Part shown: positions 14,181 to 23,470 of the stretch, piece by piece
Layout of the letters: every line of letters begins with the position of its first letter
How positions within the stretch are numbered: the first letter of the stretch is position 1
Source: Micrococcus luteus NCTC 2665
GTDB lineage: Bacteria; Actinomycetota; Actinomycetes; Actinomycetales; Micrococcaceae
Assembly: GCF_000023205.1 (NCBI RefSeq)
Contig: NC_012803.1
Span: 2,280,001-2,312,000, forward strand
Reading direction: 5' to 3'
Length of the DNA stretch: 32,000 nucleotides
The notes under the pieces: generated by a model
The model's input: only the letters and a program-made list of their open reading frames with translations
What the model was told of the DNA's origin: nothing
The model's database searches: none
Translations under genes and position numbers: made by a program

Positions 14181-15083
14181 GTGACGCAGACCACCTCCAC
14201 CCTCGTGCGCCTCCGCGCCCGCGACGGCTTCGTGCTCGCGGCCCGCCACTTGGCCCCCATGACGACGCCCCCGGCCTCGCCTGCCGGCACCGTGGTGATC
14301 GCCTCGGCGACCGGGGTGAAGGCCACGTACTACCGGCGCTACGCCGAGTTCCTGGCCAGCCACGGGTTCCACGCGGTCACGTTCGACTACCGGGGTGTCG
14401 GGGAGTCCCGTGAGCCGTTCGCCGTGGCGCGGCGGGCGCGGTGGGCGGACTGGGGCGCCCTCGACGCGGACGCCGTGCTCGGCTGGGCCCGGACGCGCCT
14501 GCCCGGCCCCCTCCTGACGGTGGGCCACAGCTTCGGCGGGTTCGGCGTCGGGCTCGCGGACGAGGCGCGTCACGTGGCCCGGCACGTGGCCGTCGGCGGG
14601 CAGCACGCCTACTGGCGGGACTACCGGGCGCGGCCGGGGAGGGCGCGGATGTGGGCGCGCTGGCACGCGGCGATGCCGGCGATCACGCTGGCCCGCGGGC
14701 ACTTCCCGGGGCGGCGGCTCGGCTGGCTCGAGGACCTGCCGCGCGGGGTCGCCCTGGACTGGGCGCGCAGTCGCCGCGACTTCACCGCGAGCGCCCGCAC
14801 CACCGCCGGCCGGGACGAGCTGCGCCGTCGTCTGGCCGCGTTCACGGCGGACGCGCTGATCGTGGCGCCCGTGGACGATGACTTCGGCACCGACGCCGCC
14901 CTCGACCGCGCGGACGCCTACTCGCCGGGTCGGCGGACGGTGCGCTGGCGGGTGCGGCCGGAGGAGCTCGGTGTCGCGGAGATCGGGCACTTCGGACTGT
15001 TCCACGCGCGGTCCGCGCCGACCTTCTGGCCGGCCACGCTGGAGTGGCTGCGCGACGGGGTCGCCCCGGACGCGGCCCGCTGA
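14181..15083 (+). CDS. Alpha/beta-fold hydrolase
   Basis: Nucleophile elbow GHSFGG and a C-terminal IGHFGLF His region. 300 aa. Confidence 0.75.
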   Translation: MTQTTSTLVRLRARDGFVLAARHLAPMTTPPASPAGTVVIASATGVKATYYRRYAEFLASHGFHAVTFDYRGVGESREPFAVARRARWADWGALDADAVLGWARTRLPGPLLTVGHSFGGFGVGLADEARHVARHVAVGGQHAYWRDYRARPGRARMWARWHAAMPAITLARGHFPGRRLGWLEDLPRGVALDWARSRRDFTASARTTAGRDELRRRLAAFTADALIVAPVDDDFGTDAALDRADAYSPGRRTVRWRVRPEELGVAEIGHFGLFHARSAPTFWPATLEWLRDGVAPDAAR

Positions 15084-15129
15084 GGCTCGGGCGTCGGGCG
15101 CGCTGCGGCCCGCCCCGTCCCCGCGACGA

Positions 15130-15178
15130 CGACGGCGGCCGCCCCGGCCCGGATCTCCGGGTGGGACGACCGCCGTCG
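15130..15178. terminator. Nested GC hairpin between convergent genes (CGACGGCGG ... CCCGGA-tc-TCCGGG ... CCGCCGTCG)
   Basis: Outer 9-bp and inner 6-bp inverted repeats, seen between stop 15083 (+) and stop 15238 (-). Confidence 0.4.
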
Positions 15179-15237
15179 CACTGGTGCGCGTGATGTGTCG
15201 ATACTACCCCGCGCCCAGCCGACGCCCAGGCGACACG

Positions 15238-16269
15238 TCAGTCCTGCATCGCGTAGTCGATCACGACGCGGCCCTCGATCTTGCCGTGGCGCATCTCGTC
15301 GAACACGTCGTTGATCTCGGTGAGCGGACGGGTGTGGAACGTCGGGTGGATCTTCCCGGCCGCGTAGAACTCGAGTGCCTCGACCATGTCCTGCCGGGTG
15401 CCCACGATCGAACCGCGGATGGTCAGGCCCTTGAGGACGATGTCGAAGATCGGCGCGGGGAAGTCGCCCGGGGGCAGGCCGTTGAACACGATCGTGCCGC
15501 CGCGGCGGGTCATCGCGATGGCCTGGCCGAACGCCTGCGGGTGCACGGCCGTGACGAGCACGCCGTGGGCGCCGCCGATCTTCTCCTGGATCTCCACGGA
15601 GGGGTCCGCGACGTTCGCGTTCACGGTCAGCTCCGCGCCGTGCCGGGAGGCGAGCGCCAGCTTGTCGTCCGCGACGTCCACGGCCACCACGCGCATGCCC
15701 ATCGCCACGGCGTACTGCACCGCGATGTGCCCCAGGCCGCCGATGCCGGAGATCACGACCCACTGCCCGGGCCGCACCTCGGTCTGCTTCAGCCCCTTGT
15801 ACACCGTGACGCCGGCGCACAGGATCGGGCCGACCTCCATCGGGTCCGCGCCCTCGGGGATCACGGGCGCGTAGCGGGCGTCCACGAGCATGTACTCACC
15901 GAACGAGCCGTCCACGGAGTAGCCGCCGTTGACCTGCTCCTCGCACAGCGTCTCCCACCCGGTGCGGCAGTACTGGCAGTGGCCGCACGCTCGCCACAGC
16001 CACGCGTTGCCGACCATGTCCCCGACCTTGAGGTTCTCGACGTCGGGTCCGACCTCCTCGACGATGCCCACGCCCTCGTGGCCCGGGATGAACGGCGGGG
16101 TCGGCTTCACCGGCCAGTCGCCCTCCATCGCGTGCAGGTCCGTGTGACAGACGCCCGAGGAGATGAGCTTCACGAGCGCTTCGTGCTGGCCGGGCGTCGG
16201 ACGCTCGACCTCCTTGACGTCGGCCTCTGTGCCGAACTGGGTGACGACGGCTGCCTTCATCGTGGTCAT
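15238..16269 (-). CDS. Zinc-dependent alcohol dehydrogenase (AdhP-like, MDR family)
   Basis: GVCHTDLH, GHEGVGIVEEVG, and the C..C..C structural zinc loop (CGHCQYCRTGWETLC). Confidence 0.9.
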   Translation of the reverse strand: MTTMKAAVVTQFGTEADVKEVERPTPGQHEALVKLISSGVCHTDLHAMEGDWPVKPTPPFIPGHEGVGIVEEVGPDVENLKVGDMVGNAWLWRACGHCQYCRTGWETLCEEQVNGGYSVDGSFGEYMLVDARYAPVIPEGADPMEVGPILCAGVTVYKGLKQTEVRPGQWVVISGIGGLGHIAVQYAVAMGMRVVAVDVADDKLALASRHGAELTVNANVADPSVEIQEKIGGAHGVLVTAVHPQAFGQAIAMTRRGGTIVFNGLPPGDFPAPIFDIVLKGLTIRGSIVGTRQDMVEALEFYAAGKIHPTFHTRPLTEINDVFDEMRHGKIEGRVVIDYAMQD

Positions 16270-16321
16270 GGGGGATCACCTTTCGTGGAGTGGGGAGGGG
16301 GCGTGCAGTGCCGGAGTCGGC

Positions 16322-17845
<1,524 letters not shown>

Positions 17846-17901
17846 AGTGCTGGCTCCTTTGCCTGCGGTTGCCTCGGCGCCGGGTGGCGCCCTGCCGTGG
17901 C

Positions 17902-17939
17902 TGTGACCCTAGTCACAAGGAGGTTGCACGAAGGTTGCA
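17902..17939 (-). promoter_or_regulatory. Aldehyde dehydrogenase promoter/operator. Direct repeats TGCAACCT x2 have an 11-bp period (17939-17932 and 17928-17921, minus strand). Palindrome TGTGAC-n4-GTCACA (17902-17917) encloses -10 TAGGGT (17911-17906).
   Basis: The minus strand reads gcTGCAACCTtcgTGCAACCTccTTGTGACTAGGGTCACAgcc. The sequence at the -35 position (CCTTCG) is poor, consistent with activator dependence. Confidence 0.55.
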
Positions 17940-17967
17940 GCCGGGCGGGGGTGAGGGGCGGGCCGGG

Positions 17968-19437
17968 TCAGGCCAGGTCCCGCTCGATCCGCTCGAGCGT
18001 GGACACGGCGAGCGCGCGCCGCGGCGAGTCCGTCGGCAGCAGACGCAGGGCGGCGCCCCAGAGCTCGACGTCGTCGCGGGCCTCGGGGCGGCCCAGGTAG
18101 GCCCAGAGCTGTTCGACATCCGCGTCCTGGGCGACGGCCTCGCGCAGCGCCTCCCCCAGCTCCGCGCGGATCGAGGCGACACCGGGGGACGCCGACCGCG
18201 GCAGCACCGGCCCAACCGCCGCGTGCAGCGCACGGTCCAGATCCCCGGCGCGCAGCGCCTCCCGCGCGCACAGCAGGTCCGCGTGCACCTCCCCCACGAG
18301 CCGGTACGGCCGGGACAGCAGCTCCACCGGCGCCCCCACGTCCCGCAGCGCCCGGCGGAGTCGATGCACCTCGGCGCGCAGCGAGATGGCGCGGGCGGGG
18401 GCGTCGCCCGGCGCGGACCGGGGCCCGGCCATCTCCTCGGGATACAGCGCGACCTCGAGCTCGGCGCCGGTCAGGCCCGGGCCGTGCCACGCGAGGAGGG
18501 TGAGGATCTCGGCGTGCCGGCCGGTGAGCTCGACCCCGTCCAGCGTGGGCGGCAGGTGGCCGGTGACGCGCAGCAGGCCCGCGGCCTCGTCGTGGCGGTG
18601 CGGCGCGCCGGCGGGGCTCGGCCCCGGCGAGGCGGACGGCGGAGCCGAGGGGCCCGGCGTCGGGACGGTGCCGCGGGAACGGCCCCGGGACGGGGCGGGC
18701 AGGTCCCGCCAGGCGGCGTGCACGGCGTCCACGGTGGCCTGGAGCAGCGGCAGGGCGAGGTGGCTGACGGCGTCCTCCCCGCCCGTGAGGTCCAGGACCC
18801 CGACGAGCCGCCCGGTGGCCGGGTCCGTGAGCGGGACGGCCGAACAGCTCCACGGGTGCACGCGCGGGCTCAGGTGCTCGCCGCGGCTGACCTGCGTGGG
18901 GGCGCCGGTCGCGAGGACGATGCCGGGGGCGGAGGTGCCCATGGACGCCTCGGACCAGTCGGCGCCGGCCACGAAGCCCATGGTCTCGGCGTGGCGCACC
19001 GCGGTCCGGTCGCCCTCGACCCACAGCAGGTGGCCGCGCGCGTTGCCGATCGCGGCGAGCATCCCGGCCTCGGCCGCGGGGTGGATGAGCATGCGTCGGA
19101 CCACCGGCAGGGCCACGGCGAGGCGCTGGTCTCGGCGGGCGGCGGCGAGGTCGTCGTCGGAGAGGGTGGCCGGGTCGGTCTGACCGGGCACCGCGGCCGC
19201 GGTCGCGGACGCCCCGGCGTCGAGGGCCGACCCCGCGGGGGTGAGGGCGCCGAGGGAGCGCAGCCAGGACTCGCGGATCTCCCGCCGCAGCCCCTGGAGG
19301 GCGGCGCGCAGGCCCTGGTCCGCGCCGGTCGGAGCGGTGGACGACGACGGCGCGAGCGACAGGCGGACCGAGTCGAGGGACTCGTGGGCCCGGTCCACGG
19401 CGCGTCGGTAGGCGCCGGTGGCGAGGGTCGAGCTCAT
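17968..19437 (-). CDS. Transcriptional regulator: AcoR-type GAF sensor domain fused to a C-terminal SARP/OmpR-like winged-helix plus BTAD-like region
   Basis: GAF core WSEASMGTSAPGIVLATGAPTQVSRGEHL...WSCSAVPLTDPATGRLVGVLDLTG. C-terminus LDGVELTGRHAEILTLLAWHGPGLTGAELEVALY...LRAEVHRLRRAL...YRL. ATG 19437 overlaps the DUF779 stop (ATGA). Confidence 0.75.
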   Translation of the reverse strand: MSSTLATGAYRRAVDRAHESLDSVRLSLAPSSSTAPTGADQGLRAALQGLRREIRESWLRSLGALTPAGSALDAGASATAAAVPGQTDPATLSDDDLAAARRDQRLAVALPVVRRMLIHPAAEAGMLAAIGNARGHLLWVEGDRTAVRHAETMGFVAGADWSEASMGTSAPGIVLATGAPTQVSRGEHLSPRVHPWSCSAVPLTDPATGRLVGVLDLTGGEDAVSHLALPLLQATVDAVHAAWRDLPAPSRGRSRGTVPTPGPSAPPSASPGPSPAGAPHRHDEAAGLLRVTGHLPPTLDGVELTGRHAEILTLLAWHGPGLTGAELEVALYPEEMAGPRSAPGDAPARAISLRAEVHRLRRALRDVGAPVELLSRPYRLVGEVHADLLCAREALRAGDLDRALHAAVGPVLPRSASPGVASIRAELGEALREAVAQDADVEQLWAYLGRPEARDDVELWGAALRLLPTDSPRRALAVSTLERIERDLA

Positions 19438-19871
19438 CCTGAGCCGGCCATCAACCGCGAACGGATCAGGAACCGCTTGCCCTCGGGCGCCTCGACGGAG
19501 AAGCCGGAGCCGCGCCCGTCCACCACGTCCAGGGTGAGGTGGGTGTGCTTCCAGTACTCGAACTGGGCGGCGGACATCCAGAACGGGATCTCCACGGCGG
19601 CCTGGTCCCCCTCGGCCGGCAGCGCGAAGGTGCCCAGCAGGACGTCGGCGGCGCCGGTCGTGAAGTCGCCGGCGGGATAGCACATGGGCGCGGACCCGTC
19701 GCAGCAACCGCCGGACTGGTGGAACATGAGCGGGCCATGGATCGGGAGGAGTCGGCGGATCAGCTCGAGCGCCGCGGACGTCATGGCGACGCGGGACAGG
19801 GTCTCGCCCGGCATCTCGGGGCGAGCCTCGAGCGCGGGCGCATGCTCCGCCGACGAGGACGGCACGGTCAT
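19434..19871 (-). CDS. DUF779-family protein
   Basis: The MFHQSGGCCDGSAPMCYP motif is characteristic of DUF779, a family usually adjacent to aldehyde dehydrogenases. ATG 19871 has SD aggagg. Confidence 0.8.
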   Translation of the reverse strand: MTVPSSSAEHAPALEARPEMPGETLSRVAMTSAALELIRRLLPIHGPLMFHQSGGCCDGSAPMCYPAGDFTTGAADVLLGTFALPAEGDQAAVEIPFWMSAAQFEYWKHTHLTLDVVDGRGSGFSVEAPEGKRFLIRSRLMAGSG

Positions 19872-19911
19872 CGCGGCCTCCTGGGGATGGGCGATCGTCG
19901 GTCCCCCCCCC

Positions 19912-19940
19912 ACCCTAGCCTGCAACGTGATCCACGTCAC
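19912..19940 (-). promoter_or_regulatory. Candidate promoter of the DUF779-regulator operon: -35 GTGACG, N17, -10 TAGGGT, followed directly by a G9 run
   Basis: The minus strand reads GTGACGtggatcacgttgcaggcTAGGGTggggggggg. Confidence 0.35.
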
Positions 19941-20030
19941 CCCACCTGGCGTCATGGGAGCGCCCCGGAGGGTGCACCGGGGGGCTGGGTCGCGCGCAGG
20001 GCCGCGCGCAGGGCCAGGTGCTTCGCCGCG

Positions 20031-20083
20031 AGCCAGACGTTTCGGCTGCAATCAGGGGCTGATCACGACCGAAATGTCTGGCT
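20031..20083. other. 53-nt extended stem-loop: 15-bp outer stem with one G-T/U wobble and an inner 5-bp hairpin
   Basis: AGCCAGACGTTTCGG ctgca ATCAG ggg CTGAT cacga CCGAAATGTCTGGCT. It lies in the 302-bp gap between divergently transcribed genes. Confidence 0.5.
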
Positions 20084-20161
20084 CACGGCGCAGGGGGTGG
20101 GGAGGGGAGGAGGGCTGGGGCGGCGGGCGGCTCACGCGGCCACGCCCGGCATCCACCCTCG

Positions 20162-20167
20162 TACACT
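20162..20167 (+). promoter_or_regulatory. -10 box TACACT, 6 nt upstream of ATG 20174 (leaderless promoter)
   Basis: cgTACACTcggcacATG. Confidence 0.5.
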
Positions 20168-20173
20168 CGGCAC

Positions 20174-20734
20174 ATGCTCCCGGACCCCAGCCCCACCGTC
20201 ACCGTGGACGGCCTCCTGCTGCGCCCGCTGCGCGCCGCGGACGAGATCGCGGCGCGCGAGGCGGACGCCGAACTGCATCGGGAGGGGTTCGACTTCCTGA
20301 TGGCCGGCACCCGCTCCTTCCCCGCGATCCGCCGCGCGTTCGCCGCCGAGGCGCGCGGCGACGTCGAACCCGGCCGGGTGCCCGCGTCCTTCTACGTGGG
20401 CGTGGACGAGAACGGCGAGCTGGTGGGCCGGGTGTCCGTGCGGTGGGAGCTGAACGAGGCGCTGCGGCACGTCAACGGGCACGTGGGCTACGCGGTGCGC
20501 CCCGCGTTCCGGCGGCGGGGGCACGCCGTGCGCCTGCTGCGGGGCGCGCTGACGCTGCTGGCCGCGCGCGGGGTGTCCGCCGCCCTGCTCACGTGCGACG
20601 AGACGAACACCGCCTCCGTGGCCACGATCCGTGCGTGCGGGGGCGTGCTGCGGGACCGGGTCGAGGCGGGCCTCGACGGTGCGCCCCTCCCCGTCCCCAA
20701 GCTGCGCTTCGACGTCCCCACGACGGCGGCCTGA
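20174..20734 (+). CDS. GNAT-family N-acetyltransferase
   Basis: Acetyl-CoA-binding segment GYAVRPAFRRRGHAVRLLRGAL (R/Q-x-x-G-x-A type) and an overall GNAT-like size. Confidence 0.8.
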   Translation: MLPDPSPTVTVDGLLLRPLRAADEIAAREADAELHREGFDFLMAGTRSFPAIRRAFAAEARGDVEPGRVPASFYVGVDENGELVGRVSVRWELNEALRHVNGHVGYAVRPAFRRRGHAVRLLRGALTLLAARGVSAALLTCDETNTASVATIRACGGVLRDRVEAGLDGAPLPVPKLRFDVPTTAA

Positions 20735-20741
20735 CCGGAGG

Positions 20742-20767
20742 GGCGGCGCGGATCGCGCCGCGCCGCC
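20742..20767. terminator. GC hairpin GGCGGCGC...GCGCCGCC between convergent genes
   Basis: 8-bp inverted repeat. The alternative inner pairing is GGCGCG-gat-CGCGCC. Confidence 0.35.
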
Positions 20768-20771
20768 GGCC

Positions 20772-22427
20772 TCAGTAGGCCTTGACGCGCTGCTCCACGA
20801 TCAGGTGGATGAGCGCGAATCGGCCCTCCTCCTGGACGGCCTTGAGCGCCGCGTCCACGGCCGCCGGCACGTCCGTGTCCCGCTCCACGCGCACCCCGAA
20901 GCCGCCGAACGCCTGGGCCATGGCGGCGAAGTCGGGGTTCTTCAGCTGGGTGCCGGAGACGCGCTCGGGGTACTCGCGCTCCTGATGGGTGCGGATGGTG
21001 CCGTACTCCTGGTTGTCCATGACGATCACGAGGGGCGTGGCGCCGTACTGCGCGGCGGTCGCCAGCTCCTGGCCGTTCATGAGGAACTCGCCGTCGCCGG
21101 CGATGGTCACCACGGTGCGGTCCGGGAAGTTCAGGGACGCGGCCACGGCGCCCGGCACCGAGTAGCCCATGGAGCCGTTGCGGGCCGAGATCATGGCGCG
21201 GTAGCCCTCGGTCGGGAAGTAGCGGTGCGCCCAGTTGGTGTGCTCGCCCGCGCCGAGGGAGATCATCGAGTCCTTCGGCAGCTTCGGCACCAGGTTGGCC
21301 ATGAGGGTGGCCATCTTCGCCCGACCCTCGGACGGCTCGGCCGGGGGCAGGGCCGCGAACTTCTCCTGCTCGCCGCGCATGCGGGAGGTCCACTCCTCCC
21401 ACTCCGGCTTGACCTCGAGCTCCATGCGGACGAGGTCGCGGATGAACACGTCCGGCTTGGCCACGATCTGGTGGGACACGGGGCCGGAGCGGCCGCGCAG
21501 GGACGGGTCGATGGTGACCAGGAAGTTCTTCTTGTCCCAGTTCTGGCGGATGGTGAAGCCGTTGGTCACGACGTCGCCCGGCACGGTGCCGACGAACACG
21601 ATGAGGTCGGTCTCCTCGAGCATGTCGTAGGTCGGCTTCGGGCGGCCGTAGCCGATCGGGCCCACGTAGGACGGCGAGGAGAACGGCACGGTGCCCTCGG
21701 TGCGCCACTCGGCGGCGGCGGGGATCTTGTGCTCCTCCAGCCACGTCGTCAGGGTCTGCGCACCCTCGTCCGTCCAGTCGTTGCCACCGGTGATGAACAG
21801 CGGCTTGCGGGACTCCTTGAGCGCGGCGTGCAGGGACTTCCAGTCCTCCACGGTCATGCCGCCTGGGGCCACGGGGATCTGCGGGTGCAGGTGCGCATCG
21901 ATCTCCTCACGGATCACGTCCTCCGGCAGGCCGACGACGACGGGCCCGGGCCGGCCCGAGCTCGCGGCGAACATGGCCTCGGCCACGATCTCGGAGGCGC
22001 GCTCCGGGTGGTCCAGGACCATCACGCGCTTCGCACCGGTGCCGAACCAGGCGTGCGGGTCGAACTCCTGGAAGGCCTCGCGGTCGCGGTGCTCGAACGG
22101 GATCAGGCCGACGAACAGGACGAGCGCCGTCGAGTCCTGCCACGCGGTGTGCAGGCCGACGTGGGCGTTCGCGGCGCCCGGGCCGCGCGTCACCATGGCG
22201 ACGCCAGGGACCACGTTCATCTTGCCGTCGGCCTCGGCCATGTACGTGGCGCCGCCCTCGTGGCGGCACACCACGTTCTCGATGCCCGAGTCGTGCAGGC
22301 CGTCCAGGACGTCCAGGTAGGACTCGCCCGGCACGGAGTAGACGCGCTTCACGCCGTGGGACTCGAGGGTCTTGACGATGACGTGCCCGGCGGAGAGGCG
22401 ACCGGTCGCCTGGGAGGTCTGGGACAT
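20772..22427 (-). CDS. Thiamine-diphosphate-dependent enzyme (acetolactate synthase / benzoylformate decarboxylase-like superfamily)
   Basis: N-terminal PYR domain (VYSVPGESYLDVLDGL...RHEGGATYMAEA) and TPP-binding motif GDGEFLMNGQELATA. SD caggaga. Confidence 0.9.
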   Translation of the reverse strand: MSQTSQATGRLSAGHVIVKTLESHGVKRVYSVPGESYLDVLDGLHDSGIENVVCRHEGGATYMAEADGKMNVVPGVAMVTRGPGAANAHVGLHTAWQDSTALVLFVGLIPFEHRDREAFQEFDPHAWFGTGAKRVMVLDHPERASEIVAEAMFAASSGRPGPVVVGLPEDVIREEIDAHLHPQIPVAPGGMTVEDWKSLHAALKESRKPLFITGGNDWTDEGAQTLTTWLEEHKIPAAAEWRTEGTVPFSSPSYVGPIGYGRPKPTYDMLEETDLIVFVGTVPGDVVTNGFTIRQNWDKKNFLVTIDPSLRGRSGPVSHQIVAKPDVFIRDLVRMELEVKPEWEEWTSRMRGEQEKFAALPPAEPSEGRAKMATLMANLVPKLPKDSMISLGAGEHTNWAHRYFPTEGYRAMISARNGSMGYSVPGAVAASLNFPDRTVVTIAGDGEFLMNGQELATAAQYGATPLVIVMDNQEYGTIRTHQEREYPERVSGTQLKNPDFAAMAQAFGGFGVRVERDTDVPAAVDAALKAVQEEGRFALIHLIVEQRVKAY

Positions 22428-22582
22428 GGAGGTCTCCTGTGCTGGTTCGGGGGCCCCTCCGGCCCCGTGGGTGCACCCCGCCGCGCAGACGGGGTCCGTG
22501 GGGGTCAGGGTACTGGACGGGGCGGCGCCGGAGGCGACCCGATACGCGGCGTGAAGCCGGTGACGGGAGGGCGGGCCCGCCG

Positions 22583-22588
22583 TACGAT
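22583..22588 (+). promoter_or_regulatory. -10 box TACGAT, 6 nt upstream of ATG 22595 (leaderless promoter)
   Basis: cgTACGATttccccATG. Confidence 0.5.
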
Positions 22589-22594
22589 TTCCCC

Positions 22595-23383
22595 ATGCTC
22601 TCCGCGCCGACGCTCACCCGCCTCGCCTCCCTGGCCGCGTTCCTGAACACCGCCCCCGGCCTGCGGGGCGGTCAGCCGGCGGACGAGCGGTTCACCGCCG
22701 CCACGCAGCTGCCCTCCCTCGTCCCTGAACTCCAGGAGGACGAGGTCCGCCTCCGCCTGGCCGCCGCCGCGGCCGTGCGCGGCCGCGAGCTCCGCGGCCG
22801 TCTGGCCGAGGTCTGGGCCCTCGCCGCCGTGGACGAGGCGGCCGCCGTGGAGCGCGTGAACGCCCTCCTCGCCGCGGCCGGGCCGCTGCGGCTGACGGCC
22901 GGGGGCGACGTCGTCGGGCTGGCCCCGGCACAGGTCCCCGCCGACGCGGTCGAGCGGCTGGCCGCGATGGCCGCCCTCGCGCTGGCGGAGACCGCGATGG
23001 ACGGCGAGCTGACCCGCCTGCGCGTGTGCGAGGGCGAGGACTGCGAGAACGCGCTCGTGGACGCCAGCCGGAACCGGTCCAAGCGCTTCTGCGACGAGGC
23101 CAACTGCGCCAACCGCACCCACGTGCGCTCCTACCGGGCACGCCTGGCCGAGGCGGCGGAGGCCGCACCCGCGACGGATCCGGCCGGGCCGGCCGGGCCG
23201 GAGGAGGCGGAGGCGCCGGAGGCCGTCGTGGACTCCGAGGCCGCCGGGGGCGACGAGCCCCGCCAGGAGACCGAGAAGGAGAAGAAGGAGCGCAAGAAGG
23301 CGGAGAAGAAGGCGGAGAAGAAGGCCCGCAAGAAGGCCGAGAAGAAGTCCGGCAAGAAGAAGTCGGACAAGAAGAAGGACTGA
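22595..23383 (+). CDS. ABATE/CGNR zinc-finger family protein with a Lys-rich C-terminal tail
   Basis: RVCEGEDCENALVDASRNRSKRFCDEANCANRTHVRSYRARL is the zf-CGNR pattern with CANR in place of CGNR. The tail reads KEKKERKKAEKKAEKKARKKAEKKSGKKKSDKKKD. Confidence 0.8.
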   Translation: MLSAPTLTRLASLAAFLNTAPGLRGGQPADERFTAATQLPSLVPELQEDEVRLRLAAAAAVRGRELRGRLAEVWALAAVDEAAAVERVNALLAAAGPLRLTAGGDVVGLAPAQVPADAVERLAAMAALALAETAMDGELTRLRVCEGEDCENALVDASRNRSKRFCDEANCANRTHVRSYRARLAEAAEAAPATDPAGPAGPEEAEAPEAVVDSEAAGGDEPRQETEKEKKERKKAEKKAEKKARKKAEKKSGKKKSDKKKD

Positions 23384-23464
23384 CCCGGCCCGGCCCGCCA
23401 GGTGGTCCGGCGCTGAACATCGGGGGACGGGGCCGCCTCTGGTTCCGTCGGCCGGCCGGACACC

Positions 23465-23470
23465 CCTAGC
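23465..23470. repeat. Target-site duplication CCTAGC (left copy)
   Basis: Identical hexamer immediately flanking both IS ends. It matches the NCTAGN target described for IS481. Confidence 0.75.

Noticed and set aside
19991-20014. Tandem 12-bp duplication CGCGCGCAGGGC x2.
   Set aside because: A two-copy GC-rich microduplication in non-coding DNA. It has no structure or context suggesting function.
23270-23383. Purine-rich GAAGAAG-type stretch as foreign DNA or a non-coding satellite.
   Set aside because: It is in frame with, and part of, the CGNR protein ORF (the Lys/Glu-rich tail). It is treated as a protein feature instead.
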